Assembly (NCBI GenBank): GCA_963663895.2
Contig: CAXXRD010000001.1
Span: 608,001 to 672,000, forward strand
From: Dehalococcoidia bacterium
Lineage (GTDB): Bacteria > Chloroflexota > Dehalococcoidia > Bin125
DNA length: 64,000 nt
Direction: 5' to 3'
The notes beneath the pieces are model-generated. The model was not told the origin of the DNA. It did not search any database and was given only the letters and a program-made list of their open reading frames with translations. Position numbers and translations under genes: made by a program. The number at the start of each line of letters is the position of its first letter. The first letter of the stretch is position 1. Positions 29,152 to 38,133 of the stretch are shown here, in pieces.

Positions 29152-29634
29152 GTGACTAGGGCGGTGTCCGCGACGCAGGATGCCAGTGTGGCGGCGCTTC
29201 CGGCGCTGCACACGGCGATCGCTGGCCGCTTGGAGGCTGCGCGTCAGCGCTACTCGCGCGGGCGGCGAGCTTTGGTCGATGTGTTGGCCGGATCGGAACG
29301 GCCCGTCACCTCGGCGGAGATCGCGCTGCGCGATCCCATGCTGTCGCTCAGCTCCGTTTACCGCAACCTCAGCGTTTTGGAGCAGGCGGGCGTCGTCCGG
29401 CGATTAGTCACGCAGGAAGACAACGCCCGCTACGAACTCTCGGAAGAGCTGACCGCCCATCACGATCACCTGATCTGTGAGCAGTGCGGCGAGGTCAGCG
29501 ACTACACGCTGGGGGCTCAGTTGGAGCAGGCGATCACCGCCGCGCTGGATACGCTCGCAAAGCGGTCGAGCTTCCACCCGCGCCGTCACCACCTGGAGAT
29601 TGCCGGGCTCTGCGATCGCTGTGCCGAACCGTGA
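29152..29634 (+). CDS. Fur-family transcriptional regulator (Zur-like)
   Basis: SLSSVYRNL, HHDHLICEQCG, GLCDRC. Confidence 0.88.
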   Translation: MTRAVSATQDASVAALPALHTAIAGRLEAARQRYSRGRRALVDVLAGSERPVTSAEIALRDPMLSLSSVYRNLSVLEQAGVVRRLVTQEDNARYELSEELTAHHDHLICEQCGEVSDYTLGAQLEQAITAALDTLAKRSSFHPRRHHLEIAGLCDRCAEP

Positions 29635-29710
29635 GGTCTGCGCGGCTCGCCGCCGCCACGGGCCAGGCAGACGGCACTAGGCTCTCAAGGCAGTACGGAA
29701 CGCGCATCGC

Positions 29711-30691
29711 ATGCCGGCGATCGTCACGAAGCAACTGACGAAGCACTTCTCCGCGACGGTTAGAGCCGTCGACGGGATCGACCTGACGGTTCCAAAGGGC
29801 TGCGTCTTCGCATTCCTGGGAGCCAACGGATCCGGAAAGACCACGACGATCCGCATGCTCACCACCCTGTTGCGCCCGACCGCGGGCGAGGCCACGGTGC
29901 TCGGGCTCAATGTGCGGCAGGATGGCGCCGCGCTGCGCAAGCGCATCGGCGTTGCGCTGCAGGAAGCCGGCCTGGACGACCTGCAAACGGGCCGCGAGCT
30001 GCTGCGCCTGCAATGCCATCTGTACGGGCTGCCCTCGCACATGGTGCGGCAGCGGACGCAAGAGCTGTTACAAGCGGTCGACATGGGGGAGGCCGCGGAC
30101 CGGCGGGTGGGAACCTATTCCGGCGGCATGCGCCGCCGCATCGATTTGGCCTCGGCGCTCGTGCACAGTCCCGAACTGGTCTTCCTGGACGAGCCCACCA
30201 CCGGACTCGATCCGATCAGCCGCGAAGCGCTGCACCAGCAGATCCTCTCGCTCAATCGCGAAGACAACGTGACCTTCTTTCTGACGACGCAGTACCTGGA
30301 GGAAGCCGACAAACTGGCAGATGAGGTGGCGATCATCGACCGCGGCCGGATCGTGGCCCAAGGCTCGCCCGCCGCCCTCAAGGCAACGATCGCCACCGAC
30401 GTCGTCACGATCGGAGTGCGCGGCGCGGAGGCCGCGCTGGCGGCGGTGGCAGAGCAACTCGGCCACCTCGAAGGGGCAGAGTCGGTGCGGCGCGTCGATG
30501 AGTCGCTGGTGGTCTACATCCGAGATGGCAGCATGCAGATCGCCCCGATCGTGCAGCTTCTGAGCGAAAACGGCGTCGCGGCGCGGACGGTGACCCTGGC
30601 GCAGCCCACTCTGGACGATGTGTTCTTGCGCAAAACGGGATACCACATGGTCGAGCACGAGGACGACGACGCAGAGGGCGACAGCGCATGA
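29711..30691 (+). CDS. ABC exporter ATPase (DrrA-like)
   Basis: GANGSGKT, YSGGMRRR, FLDEPTTGLD, C-terminal PTLDDVFL. Confidence 0.9.
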   Translation: MPAIVTKQLTKHFSATVRAVDGIDLTVPKGCVFAFLGANGSGKTTTIRMLTTLLRPTAGEATVLGLNVRQDGAALRKRIGVALQEAGLDDLQTGRELLRLQCHLYGLPSHMVRQRTQELLQAVDMGEAADRRVGTYSGGMRRRIDLASALVHSPELVFLDEPTTGLDPISREALHQQILSLNREDNVTFFLTTQYLEEADKLADEVAIIDRGRIVAQGSPAALKATIATDVVTIGVRGAEAALAAVAEQLGHLEGAESVRRVDESLVVYIRDGSMQIAPIVQLLSENGVAARTVTLAQPTLDDVFLRKTGYHMVEHEDDDAEGDSA

Positions 30692-31452
30692 GCGCGCTCA
30701 TCCGATCCACCTTCCAGCTCTCCTGGCGCTCGCTGAGGGAAACCGTCCGGCAACCGGGGGTCGAGGTACAGAACCTTTTCATCCCTTTGTTCTTTTTCGC
30801 GACCGGCGTGGGCGCACTGAGCAGCATCGCCGCGGGCGCGTTCGAGATCGACAACTACACCGGCTTCCAGTTGCCCGTGGCCTTCCTCACCGCGATCGCG
30901 GGCGCGGCCAGCATCTCGGGCCTGGCCGCGGTGCTGGACATCGAGCGCGGCTACCTCGACAAGTTGCTGCTCACGCCCGCTCCCCGGTCATCACTGGTCT
31001 TGGGGCGCATGCTGGCAGACAGCGTTCGGGGGGCGCTTTTAACGCTGATCATCCTCATCGTGGGGTTGATCGCCGGCTCGGGACTGGAGACCGGCGTCGG
31101 GGGGGCGCTCGTCATCCTCGCCATCGCCGCGGTCTTCGGCATGGCGTACTCCGCGATCGGGCTGGGGCTGGGGCTGCGAACGGGGAACCTGCAAGCAGCC
31201 CAGGCGGGACTCCTAGTCTTCTTCCCGCTGCTGTTCTTGTCGCCCGCCTTCGCACCAACGGACGTCTTCGCTCCCTGGCTTGACGCACTCGCCACCGTCA
31301 ACCCCGTGACTTACATCCTCACGGGAATTCGCGCGCTGGTGCTGGAGGGCTGGGACGGTGAAGCCATCGGGCTGGCCTTCGGATGCACCCTCGGCCTGGG
31401 TACCGTCACCACGCTATTCGCGTTCTGGGGGCTCCGTCACCGCACGCGCTAA
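30688..31452 (+). CDS. ABC-2 type permease (DrrB-like)
   Basis: About six TM segments, DIERGYLDKLLLTP, NPVTY. ATGA overlap with the ATPase. Confidence 0.88.
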   Translation: MSALIRSTFQLSWRSLRETVRQPGVEVQNLFIPLFFFATGVGALSSIAAGAFEIDNYTGFQLPVAFLTAIAGAASISGLAAVLDIERGYLDKLLLTPAPRSSLVLGRMLADSVRGALLTLIILIVGLIAGSGLETGVGGALVILAIAAVFGMAYSAIGLGLGLRTGNLQAAQAGLLVFFPLLFLSPAFAPTDVFAPWLDALATVNPVTYILTGIRALVLEGWDGEAIGLAFGCTLGLGTVTTLFAFWGLRHRTR

Positions 31453-31463
31453 GCGGGCGGCGC

Positions 31464-32540
31464 TCAGGCGACCGCAACAGCACCAGCTTTGATCGCGGGC
31501 AGAACTTCCTGCGCGAAGAGGCGCATGCTGGCCTCGACATCGGCGGTCGGCATGCCGCCGTAGGCGAAGACAAACGAGATGTGCTGCGCGCCGGTCTTCT
31601 TCTGCAGTTCGAGGATCTTCTCGATCGTTTGGTCGGGCGTGCCCCACGGCTGCAGGCTGCAGTAGAAGGCGGCGCCTCCGTCATCGCCGGCGCGCGTCAG
31701 CGCATCCGCGATGTTGCCGTAGAACTCATAGCCCTTAATGTCACGGAAATGCGACCCGGCGAGCTCGTAGTGCTCCATCGCCGTGCCGTAGTAGAAGCCC
31801 ATGTACTTGCGTACCATCTCCTCGACGTGGTCGGGATCGTGGTGCACGTACGTAAAGGACGTGAGAATCGGTGGCGGCGCCGCGGTGCCGTTGGCACGCT
31901 GATAGGCGCCACGGTAGGTCTCGAGATCCTGCAAAATCTGCGGCCACGGCTTCTGCGGGTTGATCAGCAGGCCCAAGCCGAGGCCGGCGATGATGTCGTA
32001 CGTCTCTGGGGAGATGGCGGCGCAGTAGGTCCGGCCCTCGAACGACTTAAAGGGGCGCGGCCGCAGCTCGGTGCGGGGTTGCTTGATGATCTCGCCGTCG
32101 TACTCCACCCAGCCGCTCTCCAACGAGCGCACGAAGAGGTCGGCGCTCTCCAGGAAACGCTGTCGGCTCTCGGACATCGGTACCTGGAAGCCTGCGAACT
32201 CGCGCCGCGCCGCGCCGCGGCCCATCCCCAAGATCAGGCGGCCGTTGGAGATGACGTCGAGGAGGGCCACCTCCTCGATCGCACGGATCGGCTGGTGCCA
32301 CGGAAGCACGATCACCTCGGTCCCCAGCTCGATCTGCTCGCTGCGCGCCGCCACCCACGTGAGGTACTGCGTGGGATCGGGGGTGACCTCGTAATTGCTG
32401 AAGTGGTGCTCCGTCGCCCATACGGAATCGAAGCCCAGGGGCTCGGCCAACTCGGAAAGGTAGAGTTGGTCGTCCCAAACTTCCTTATCGGAGACCGTCT
32501 TCGAATGGTTCTGGAAGATAAAGAGGACGCCAGCCTTCAT
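31464..32540 (-). CDS. Luciferase-like (LLM class) flavin-dependent monooxygenase
   Basis: MKAGVLFIFQN, GFDSVWATEHHF, NGRLILGMGRG, GTPDQ, SMRLFAQEVLP. Confidence 0.9.
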   Translation of the reverse strand: MKAGVLFIFQNHSKTVSDKEVWDDQLYLSELAEPLGFDSVWATEHHFSNYEVTPDPTQYLTWVAARSEQIELGTEVIVLPWHQPIRAIEEVALLDVISNGRLILGMGRGAARREFAGFQVPMSESRQRFLESADLFVRSLESGWVEYDGEIIKQPRTELRPRPFKSFEGRTYCAAISPETYDIIAGLGLGLLINPQKPWPQILQDLETYRGAYQRANGTAAPPPILTSFTYVHHDPDHVEEMVRKYMGFYYGTAMEHYELAGSHFRDIKGYEFYGNIADALTRAGDDGGAAFYCSLQPWGTPDQTIEKILELQKKTGAQHISFVFAYGGMPTADVEASMRLFAQEVLPAIKAGAVAVA

Positions 32541-32549
32541 TCGCAACTC

Positions 32550-32966
32550 CTAGCGTGCATCAGCGGGGTGGAATAGGGGCAGGGTGATCGTATCGGACAT
32601 CTCACGGAACTCGACCTCGACAGGCAGACCGATCCGCACCGCTTCCGGGTCGCAGCCCACGATGTTGGTCAGCGTGTACCAGCCTTCCTCCATCTCGACG
32701 ATCGCCACGACATAGGGCACCGCAAAAGCGGGCTGCTGCGGGCGATGGACGATCGTAAACGAGTAGACCGTACCGCGGCCGCCGCTGGGAACCCAGGCCA
32801 GCTTGGGGCTGAAGCAGCGCGTGCAGGTGACCTGCGGGATGAAGACATGCGCTCCGCAGTCGTCGCAGCGCTGCACCACAAGCTCGCCCCGCTTGCAGGC
32901 GTCCCAGAAGGGTTGCGAGAGCGCACTCGGCTGCGGCAGCGGGATCGTAGCGCCGGAGTCGGTCAT
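32550..32966 (-). CDS. DUF35/ChsH2-type Zn-ribbon + OB-fold protein
   Basis: PFWDA, QRCDDC...CTRC, GTVYSFT, PYVVAIVE, IGLPVEV. Confidence 0.88.
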   Translation of the reverse strand: MTDSGATIPLPQPSALSQPFWDACKRGELVVQRCDDCGAHVFIPQVTCTRCFSPKLAWVPSGGRGTVYSFTIVHRPQQPAFAVPYVVAIVEMEEGWYTLTNIVGCDPEAVRIGLPVEVEFREMSDTITLPLFHPADAR

Positions 32967-34129
32967 GTCGCCGGCGTTCGGCCCAAGAGCAGCACTTCCA
33001 TGAACAGCGCCGCCGCGCCGCCGTTCGTGCACATCGCCACCTTGACATCCGGCACCTGCACCGGCCCCATTCGTCCCCGGATCTGGTCCGTCCCGGCGAT
33101 CACCTTCTGCAGCATTTGCGCGACGCCCGGATGCGCGAAGGACATAGTGCCGCCGTTGGTGCAGAGCGGGAACTGTCCATCAAGGTGAATGCGCCCATTC
33201 ATCACGAAGGGGCCGCCCTCTCCCTCTCCACAGAATTCGAACGCCTCGAATTGGCGGACCAACTCGAAGGAAAACGGATCGTAGAACTCACAGACGTCAA
33301 CGTCGCGGGGAGTGAGGCCAGCCATCGCGAACGCCTTGCGGGCCGACCACCGTCCGACGTATCCGTATTTTCCCCACACCGGCGCCATCACATACGAGGG
33401 ACCCATGCGCTCCATGGCACCGCCCAGGATGTAGACCGGAGGGCCGGGAAGCTCTTGGGCACGCTCGACCGTCGTGAGCACGACCGCAGCCCCGCCTTCA
33501 CTCGTCATCGCGCAGTCGAGCAGGTGGTAAGGGTCGGCGACCATGCGCGAGTCGAGGATGTCGCTCCGCGTGAAGGGGCCTCGGCCGTAATAGACGGCTT
33601 GGGGATTCCTATGCCCGTGATTACGGATCGTCGCCGCGACTTCCGCCAGCTGCTCGGGCGTCGTGCCGTATTCATGCATGTGGCGCCGGGCGATGAGAGC
33701 GAACTCGGCCGCGGTGTAGAGGCCCCAACACTCGACGAACTCATTGGAGGGGCGCGTCCAGGGCGCGGTCTTCTCACGCTCCGCGTAGCGACCGGTCTGT
33801 CCGGCGGCGAGCACGACCGTCTCGCAGAGGCCCGCGCCGATGGCGGTGGCAGCCTCCAAGAGAGCGGGTACGCCCGGCCGCTGGGTGCCGATCCAAGCGG
33901 GGTTGCCGCCCAGGAGGTAGTTCAGATGAGCCGCGGTGGTCTGGAGTCCCATGCCCACGTTGCCGTTGATCCCGTCAACGGCCGAGGGCCCGATCCCCGC
34001 ATCAGCCAGCGCCCCACGAATGGCGTCGATCGTGACGTCCAGCGAGCTCTTATCGGGCAGCACCCGCGCTTGCGGGGTGTTGTAGGCACCGACGATCGCG
34101 ACGCCGTGCATCGGGTTGGCGGCGACCAT
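32963..34129 (-). CDS. SCP-x/Ltp2-type thiolase-fold protein
   Basis: ARRHMHEYG, NPQA, DCAMTSEGGAA, FYDPFS, TNGG. ATG 34129 follows GGGAG. Overlaps the DUF35 gene. Confidence 0.85.
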   Translation of the reverse strand: MVAANPMHGVAIVGAYNTPQARVLPDKSSLDVTIDAIRGALADAGIGPSAVDGINGNVGMGLQTTAAHLNYLLGGNPAWIGTQRPGVPALLEAATAIGAGLCETVVLAAGQTGRYAEREKTAPWTRPSNEFVECWGLYTAAEFALIARRHMHEYGTTPEQLAEVAATIRNHGHRNPQAVYYGRGPFTRSDILDSRMVADPYHLLDCAMTSEGGAAVVLTTVERAQELPGPPVYILGGAMERMGPSYVMAPVWGKYGYVGRWSARKAFAMAGLTPRDVDVCEFYDPFSFELVRQFEAFEFCGEGEGGPFVMNGRIHLDGQFPLCTNGGTMSFAHPGVAQMLQKVIAGTDQIRGRMGPVQVPDVKVAMCTNGGAAALFMEVLLLGRTPAT

Positions 34130-34393
34130 ACAGACTCCCATCCGGCGGTGAAGGCAAGCGATCCTAGCATGGCCCTGCGCAATGCGGCGGCGGGGCCGCA
34201 GACGAGCCCACACTTCCCTAAGAATTCCGCACATGCGGGCGACGCCGGCCGAACCGGGCAGCGCGATCGTCGTGATCTCGCTCACCGCCTCGTCCAAGCG
34301 TCCGCCGCCTGCGACGAACTCGCTCTGGTACCGGGACAGACCGCGACCCCTGCTCCGGTCAACGGCAGCCGCAAGCGCCAAGCGGCGCGCCGC

Positions 34394-34864
34394 TCAGAGT
34401 GGGGCCGGCGCCCCTTCGGCCAGCGCCTTCCCCAGGCGATCGAGCTCCTGGCGCAGCCGCCGCTGCATCAAGCGGCGGAGCAGTGGAGCTCCCAGCAGAA
34501 AACTCACGCTGGTCGCGCGACTGTCGGAGCCGGCCTTCATCCGGTTCTCAATGCGGCTGCCGCTCTTGGCCGGTTCGATCGTGACCGTTCTCTGGAAAGG
34601 AAAGGGGCCGCCGATCGACCGGATCGTGAAGCAACGCGGCGCGTCGAAGGCAGTCACTTCGTAGCGGATATCGTGGGTACGGCCGCCGTAGGTGTACTTG
34701 CTCACGAAAGTCGACCCGGCGCCGAATTCGCCCTCGGAGACCCGGCGCGGCTCCGACACGCCAATCACCCAACATGGCATGTTCTCGACCGCGGAACTGA
34801 AAGCGAACACTTGATCCGGCGCCTGCCGCACGACGCTGGATGCCGCTGCTTCAAGCCATCGCAC
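34394..34864 (-). CDS. SRPBCC/polyketide cyclase-like protein
   Basis: PDQVFAF...ENMPCW, EVTAFDAP, C-terminal helix LRQELDRL. Confidence 0.7.
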   Translation of the reverse strand: MRWLEAAASSVVRQAPDQVFAFSSAVENMPCWVIGVSEPRRVSEGEFGAGSTFVSKYTYGGRTHDIRYEVTAFDAPRCFTIRSIGGPFPFQRTVTIEPAKSGSRIENRMKAGSDSRATSVSFLLGAPLLRRLMQRRLRQELDRLGKALAEGAPAPL

Positions 34865-34917
34865 GCCGCCTACCCTTCCGTACGCGGCACGCTACCATCC
34901 CTGCACGGCAGGGAGCG

Positions 34918-35886
34918 ATGCACGACGCGGACAAACCCGGCTTCCTCTTCTCGGTCGCGCCGGGGCAGCGGCGCACCATGATCGCGCTCGCCCAGGAACT
35001 CGACCGGCGGGGCTTCCCCTTCCTCTACTGTCCGCATGGGGCGGGGGGCGCGATCGAGCCCGGGCAACAGCGCATCGCCCGGCCTTACCGCATTCCAGCT
35101 CCTTACGACGCGCTGGGGCAGGCGTTCGCGCTGATCCAGGCAACGAAGCGCATGACCATCGGCAGCGGCGTCGCCGTCACCTACACGCGCCATCCCACCG
35201 AGATGGCGGCAACGGCCAACCTGATCCACGAACTCGGCAACGGCCGGTTCATTCTGGGCCTCGGCGTGGGGCACGGCCCGATCCTGCAGCAGTTCGGCTA
35301 CGTGCCCGAAGCGCCGATCGCGCATCTGCGCCGCTATGTGGAGGCGCTCCGCGCGGCTGCGAGCGATCGGCCGCTGCCAGCCATCGTCTTTGCGGCGCTG
35401 CGCAAACGCATGACCGCGCTCGCGGGCGAACTCGCGGACGGCGTGCTCTTCGCCAATGCCGCCCGCTCGCACATCCCCGTCTCACTGCGCGAGATCCCCG
35501 CCGCCGGGCGAGCGGCCTTTCTCATCGGGAACTTCGCCCCCTGCTACGTCGCGGAGGATCGAAGCGAGGCGCTGACGGCGGTCCGGCGGGCGCTGACCAA
35601 CTACATGACGCTTCCGAACTACCAGCGCTACTTCATCGAAGCCGGCTATGCGGACGCAGTCGCGCAGGGTCGCGCCGCCATTGAGGCCGACGACCAGCCC
35701 CAACTCGAAGCCTCGATCTCAGAGCGCATGGCGGAGGACATCTGCGTCTTCGGCACCCCCGCCGAAATCAGAGCCCAGGTCGCCGCCTTCCGAGAGGCCG
35801 GCGTGAACCAAGTCGGCCTCTCCACGCTCTTCCACACGCAAGACCAGGCCAAGGCGATCGCGCGCGTCGCCGCCGCCTTCGACTAG
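34918..35886 (+). CDS. LLM class flavin-dependent oxidoreductase (tandem copy 1)
   Basis: GSGVAVTYTRHP, GRFILGLGVGH, LAGELADG, GTPAEI. Confidence 0.85.
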   Translation: MHDADKPGFLFSVAPGQRRTMIALAQELDRRGFPFLYCPHGAGGAIEPGQQRIARPYRIPAPYDALGQAFALIQATKRMTIGSGVAVTYTRHPTEMAATANLIHELGNGRFILGLGVGHGPILQQFGYVPEAPIAHLRRYVEALRAAASDRPLPAIVFAALRKRMTALAGELADGVLFANAARSHIPVSLREIPAAGRAAFLIGNFAPCYVAEDRSEALTAVRRALTNYMTLPNYQRYFIEAGYADAVAQGRAAIEADDQPQLEASISERMAEDICVFGTPAEIRAQVAAFREAGVNQVGLSTLFHTQDQAKAIARVAAAFD

Positions 35887-35966
35887 CAGACGGTTGTCCC
35901 GCCAGGCAGGCGATCGCTAGCCTCGCTCGTGACCGCCCCCATTCGTGAATCGAACTGGAGACCCCG

Positions 35967-36941
35967 ATGGAGTCCAAGCCAGGCTTTCTGTTCTACGCCG
36001 TGCCGGGTCAACGCAAGTCGATGATCGCGGCGGCCGAGGAGCTCGACCGGCGCGGCTTTCCCTTCATCTACTGCAACCACGGATCCGCACGCGTTTTGCC
36101 GGCCGGCCAGGAGGCGCAGCAGTCAGGCGTGGTCCGGACCTACATCGGCACGGCGGTGACGGACGGCCTGAGCCACTGCCTGGCGATCGCGATGCGGACG
36201 AAGCGCATCACCGTCGGCACGGGGATCGAGGTGACGTACACCCGGCACCCGGTCGAAATGCTCGGCGTGGCGAACTACATCAACGAGGTCAGTGGCGGCC
36301 GCTTCCTCCTCGGAATCGGACCCGGCCACAACGAGATCCTCCGGCAATGGAACTACCCCATCGAGAAGCCCTTGGCGCACATGCGCCGCTACACGCAGGA
36401 GCTGCGCGCGGTGGCGACGGGCCAGCCGATCCCGCCGCTGATCTTCTCGGTGCTGCGCAACGGCATGCTGCGCTTAGCCGGCGAACTCGCCGACGGCGCG
36501 ATCTGGGCCAACGCCGTCCTCTCCTACCTGCCAACGGCGCTCAAGGAAGTCCCGGCCGAGAAGCGGGATTCCTTCATCGTGGCAAATCTGGCTCCCTGCT
36601 ACGTCTCGGAAGATCGCGCGGAAGCGTTGGAAGCCGTGCGCGTGGCGCTGACCAACTACCTGACGCTAACGAACTATCAGCGCTACTTCACGGAAGCGGG
36701 CTACGGGAAAGAAGTGGAGCAGGCGAAGGCGGCGATAGCCGCGAACGATCACGCCGGAGTCGCGGCGGCCGTGTCGGAGCGCATGGCGGACGATATCTGC
36801 CTCTACGGCAGCGCAGCGGACGTGCGGGAGAGATTCGAGGCCTTCCAGGCGGCCGGGGTGAACCAGATGTGCGTCTCGACGCTGTTCCACAGCGACGATC
36901 AAGCCGAGGCCATCCTGCGAGTCGCGGACGCGTTCGATTAG
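35967..36941 (+). CDS. LLM class flavin-dependent oxidoreductase (tandem copy 2)
   Basis: GTGIEVTYTRHP, GRFLLGIGPGH, LAGELADG. Confidence 0.85.
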   Translation: MESKPGFLFYAVPGQRKSMIAAAEELDRRGFPFIYCNHGSARVLPAGQEAQQSGVVRTYIGTAVTDGLSHCLAIAMRTKRITVGTGIEVTYTRHPVEMLGVANYINEVSGGRFLLGIGPGHNEILRQWNYPIEKPLAHMRRYTQELRAVATGQPIPPLIFSVLRNGMLRLAGELADGAIWANAVLSYLPTALKEVPAEKRDSFIVANLAPCYVSEDRAEALEAVRVALTNYLTLTNYQRYFTEAGYGKEVEQAKAAIAANDHAGVAAAVSERMADDICLYGSAADVRERFEAFQAAGVNQMCVSTLFHSDDQAEAILRVADAFD

Positions 36942-36945
36942 CCCC

Positions 36946-37869
36946 GTGCAGAAGCCGGGCTTCGTCCTCAGCGCACCGCCGGGACAGCGCAAGGCGATCA
37001 TCGAAGCCGCCCGGGAACTGGAACGGCGCGGATTCCCGCACGTGCTGTGCCCGCACGAATACGCGCGGCCGCACGACGCGCAAGCGCCGTACGACTGCCT
37101 GAGTCTCTGCACCGCGCTGGCCCAGGCGACGCAGGCGATCCGGATCGTGAGCGGCGTCGCGGTGACCTACACCCGTCCCCCTGCCGACATGGCCGCGGCC
37201 GCCTCCTTCAATTACGAAATCAGCGACGGGCGCTTCATGCTGGGCCTGGGTTCGGGCTACAAGATCGTGCTCGATCGCTTCGGCATCAAGACGGAGCCAC
37301 CCATCCCGCACATGCGGCGCTACCTAGAAGAGCTGCGATCCGCGGCAACCGAGCAACCGCTGCCCCCCATTCTCATCGCCGCGCTGCGGCGGAGAATGGC
37401 CGCACTGGCGGGAGAGCTCGCGGACGGACTGATCGGCGGCAACTGGGCGCTTTCCCATGTCCCGGCAACCCTCGCCAGCATCCCGGCCGACCAGCGTGAC
37501 CGGCTCATCGTTGCCAACGTCACCCCCGTGTATCTCTGCGATGATCGAGCAGAAGGACTGGCGTTCATGCGCCGGCTCTGCGCAGCCTTCAGCCGCATCC
37601 CCACCTACGCCGCCTACTTCAGCGAAGCCGGCTACCAGGAAGAGGTCGAGCGGGCGCAGGCGGCCTTCGCAGCGGGCACGAGCCAAGCGGCGGACGCCAT
37701 TTCGGAACGCATGGCGGACGATATCGGCATCTTCGGTTCCCCCCACGACATCCGGGAGCGCGTCGAGGCGTGGCAAGCGGCCGGCGTGAACTGGCTTACG
37801 CTTTCGACGCTGTACCCAATCCGCGACCGCGCCGCAGCGGCGCTCCGCGTGGCTGCAGTCTTCGACTAA
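36946..37869 (+). CDS. LLM class flavin-dependent oxidoreductase (tandem copy 3)
   Basis: SGVAVTYTRPP, GRFMLGLGSG, LAGELADG. Confidence 0.85.
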   Translation: MQKPGFVLSAPPGQRKAIIEAARELERRGFPHVLCPHEYARPHDAQAPYDCLSLCTALAQATQAIRIVSGVAVTYTRPPADMAAAASFNYEISDGRFMLGLGSGYKIVLDRFGIKTEPPIPHMRRYLEELRSAATEQPLPPILIAALRRRMAALAGELADGLIGGNWALSHVPATLASIPADQRDRLIVANVTPVYLCDDRAEGLAFMRRLCAAFSRIPTYAAYFSEAGYQEEVERAQAAFAAGTSQAADAISERMADDIGIFGSPHDIRERVEAWQAAGVNWLTLSTLYPIRDRAAAALRVAAVFD

Positions 37870-37947
37870 ATCGACCGCCCCTCGACCGCATTGCCCCCTC
37901 TGGCGCCCAATAGTTGTTTATGTCTCTTGATCATGGGCAGGTTTTCC

Positions 37948-38095
37948 TTGACAGCCCTCTTGGCCCACTGAAAAAATTCGCGGATAGGGTGTACCGCTTG
38001 CCCGATGATCTGTCGGGCTGCGGTAGCATTGGCAAGCCTTGGCCGGTCACCCGCCGGGCGGGGTTTCTATCCGTTGTCCCCAAGCATGCTGGGGC
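37948..38095 (+). promoter_or_regulatory. Putative promoter (-35 TTGACA) and structured 5' leader of the SBP gene
   Basis: TTGACA at 37948 with a weak AAAAAT -10. CGGATAG (37981-87) pairs with CTATCCG (38067-73), enclosing the TACCGC..GCCCGA/TCGGGC..GCGGTA hairpin. Confidence 0.35.
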
Positions 38096-38133
38096 GAAGA
38101 CTGCGCAGTTGGATTAGCTGAAGGAGGAGCGGA

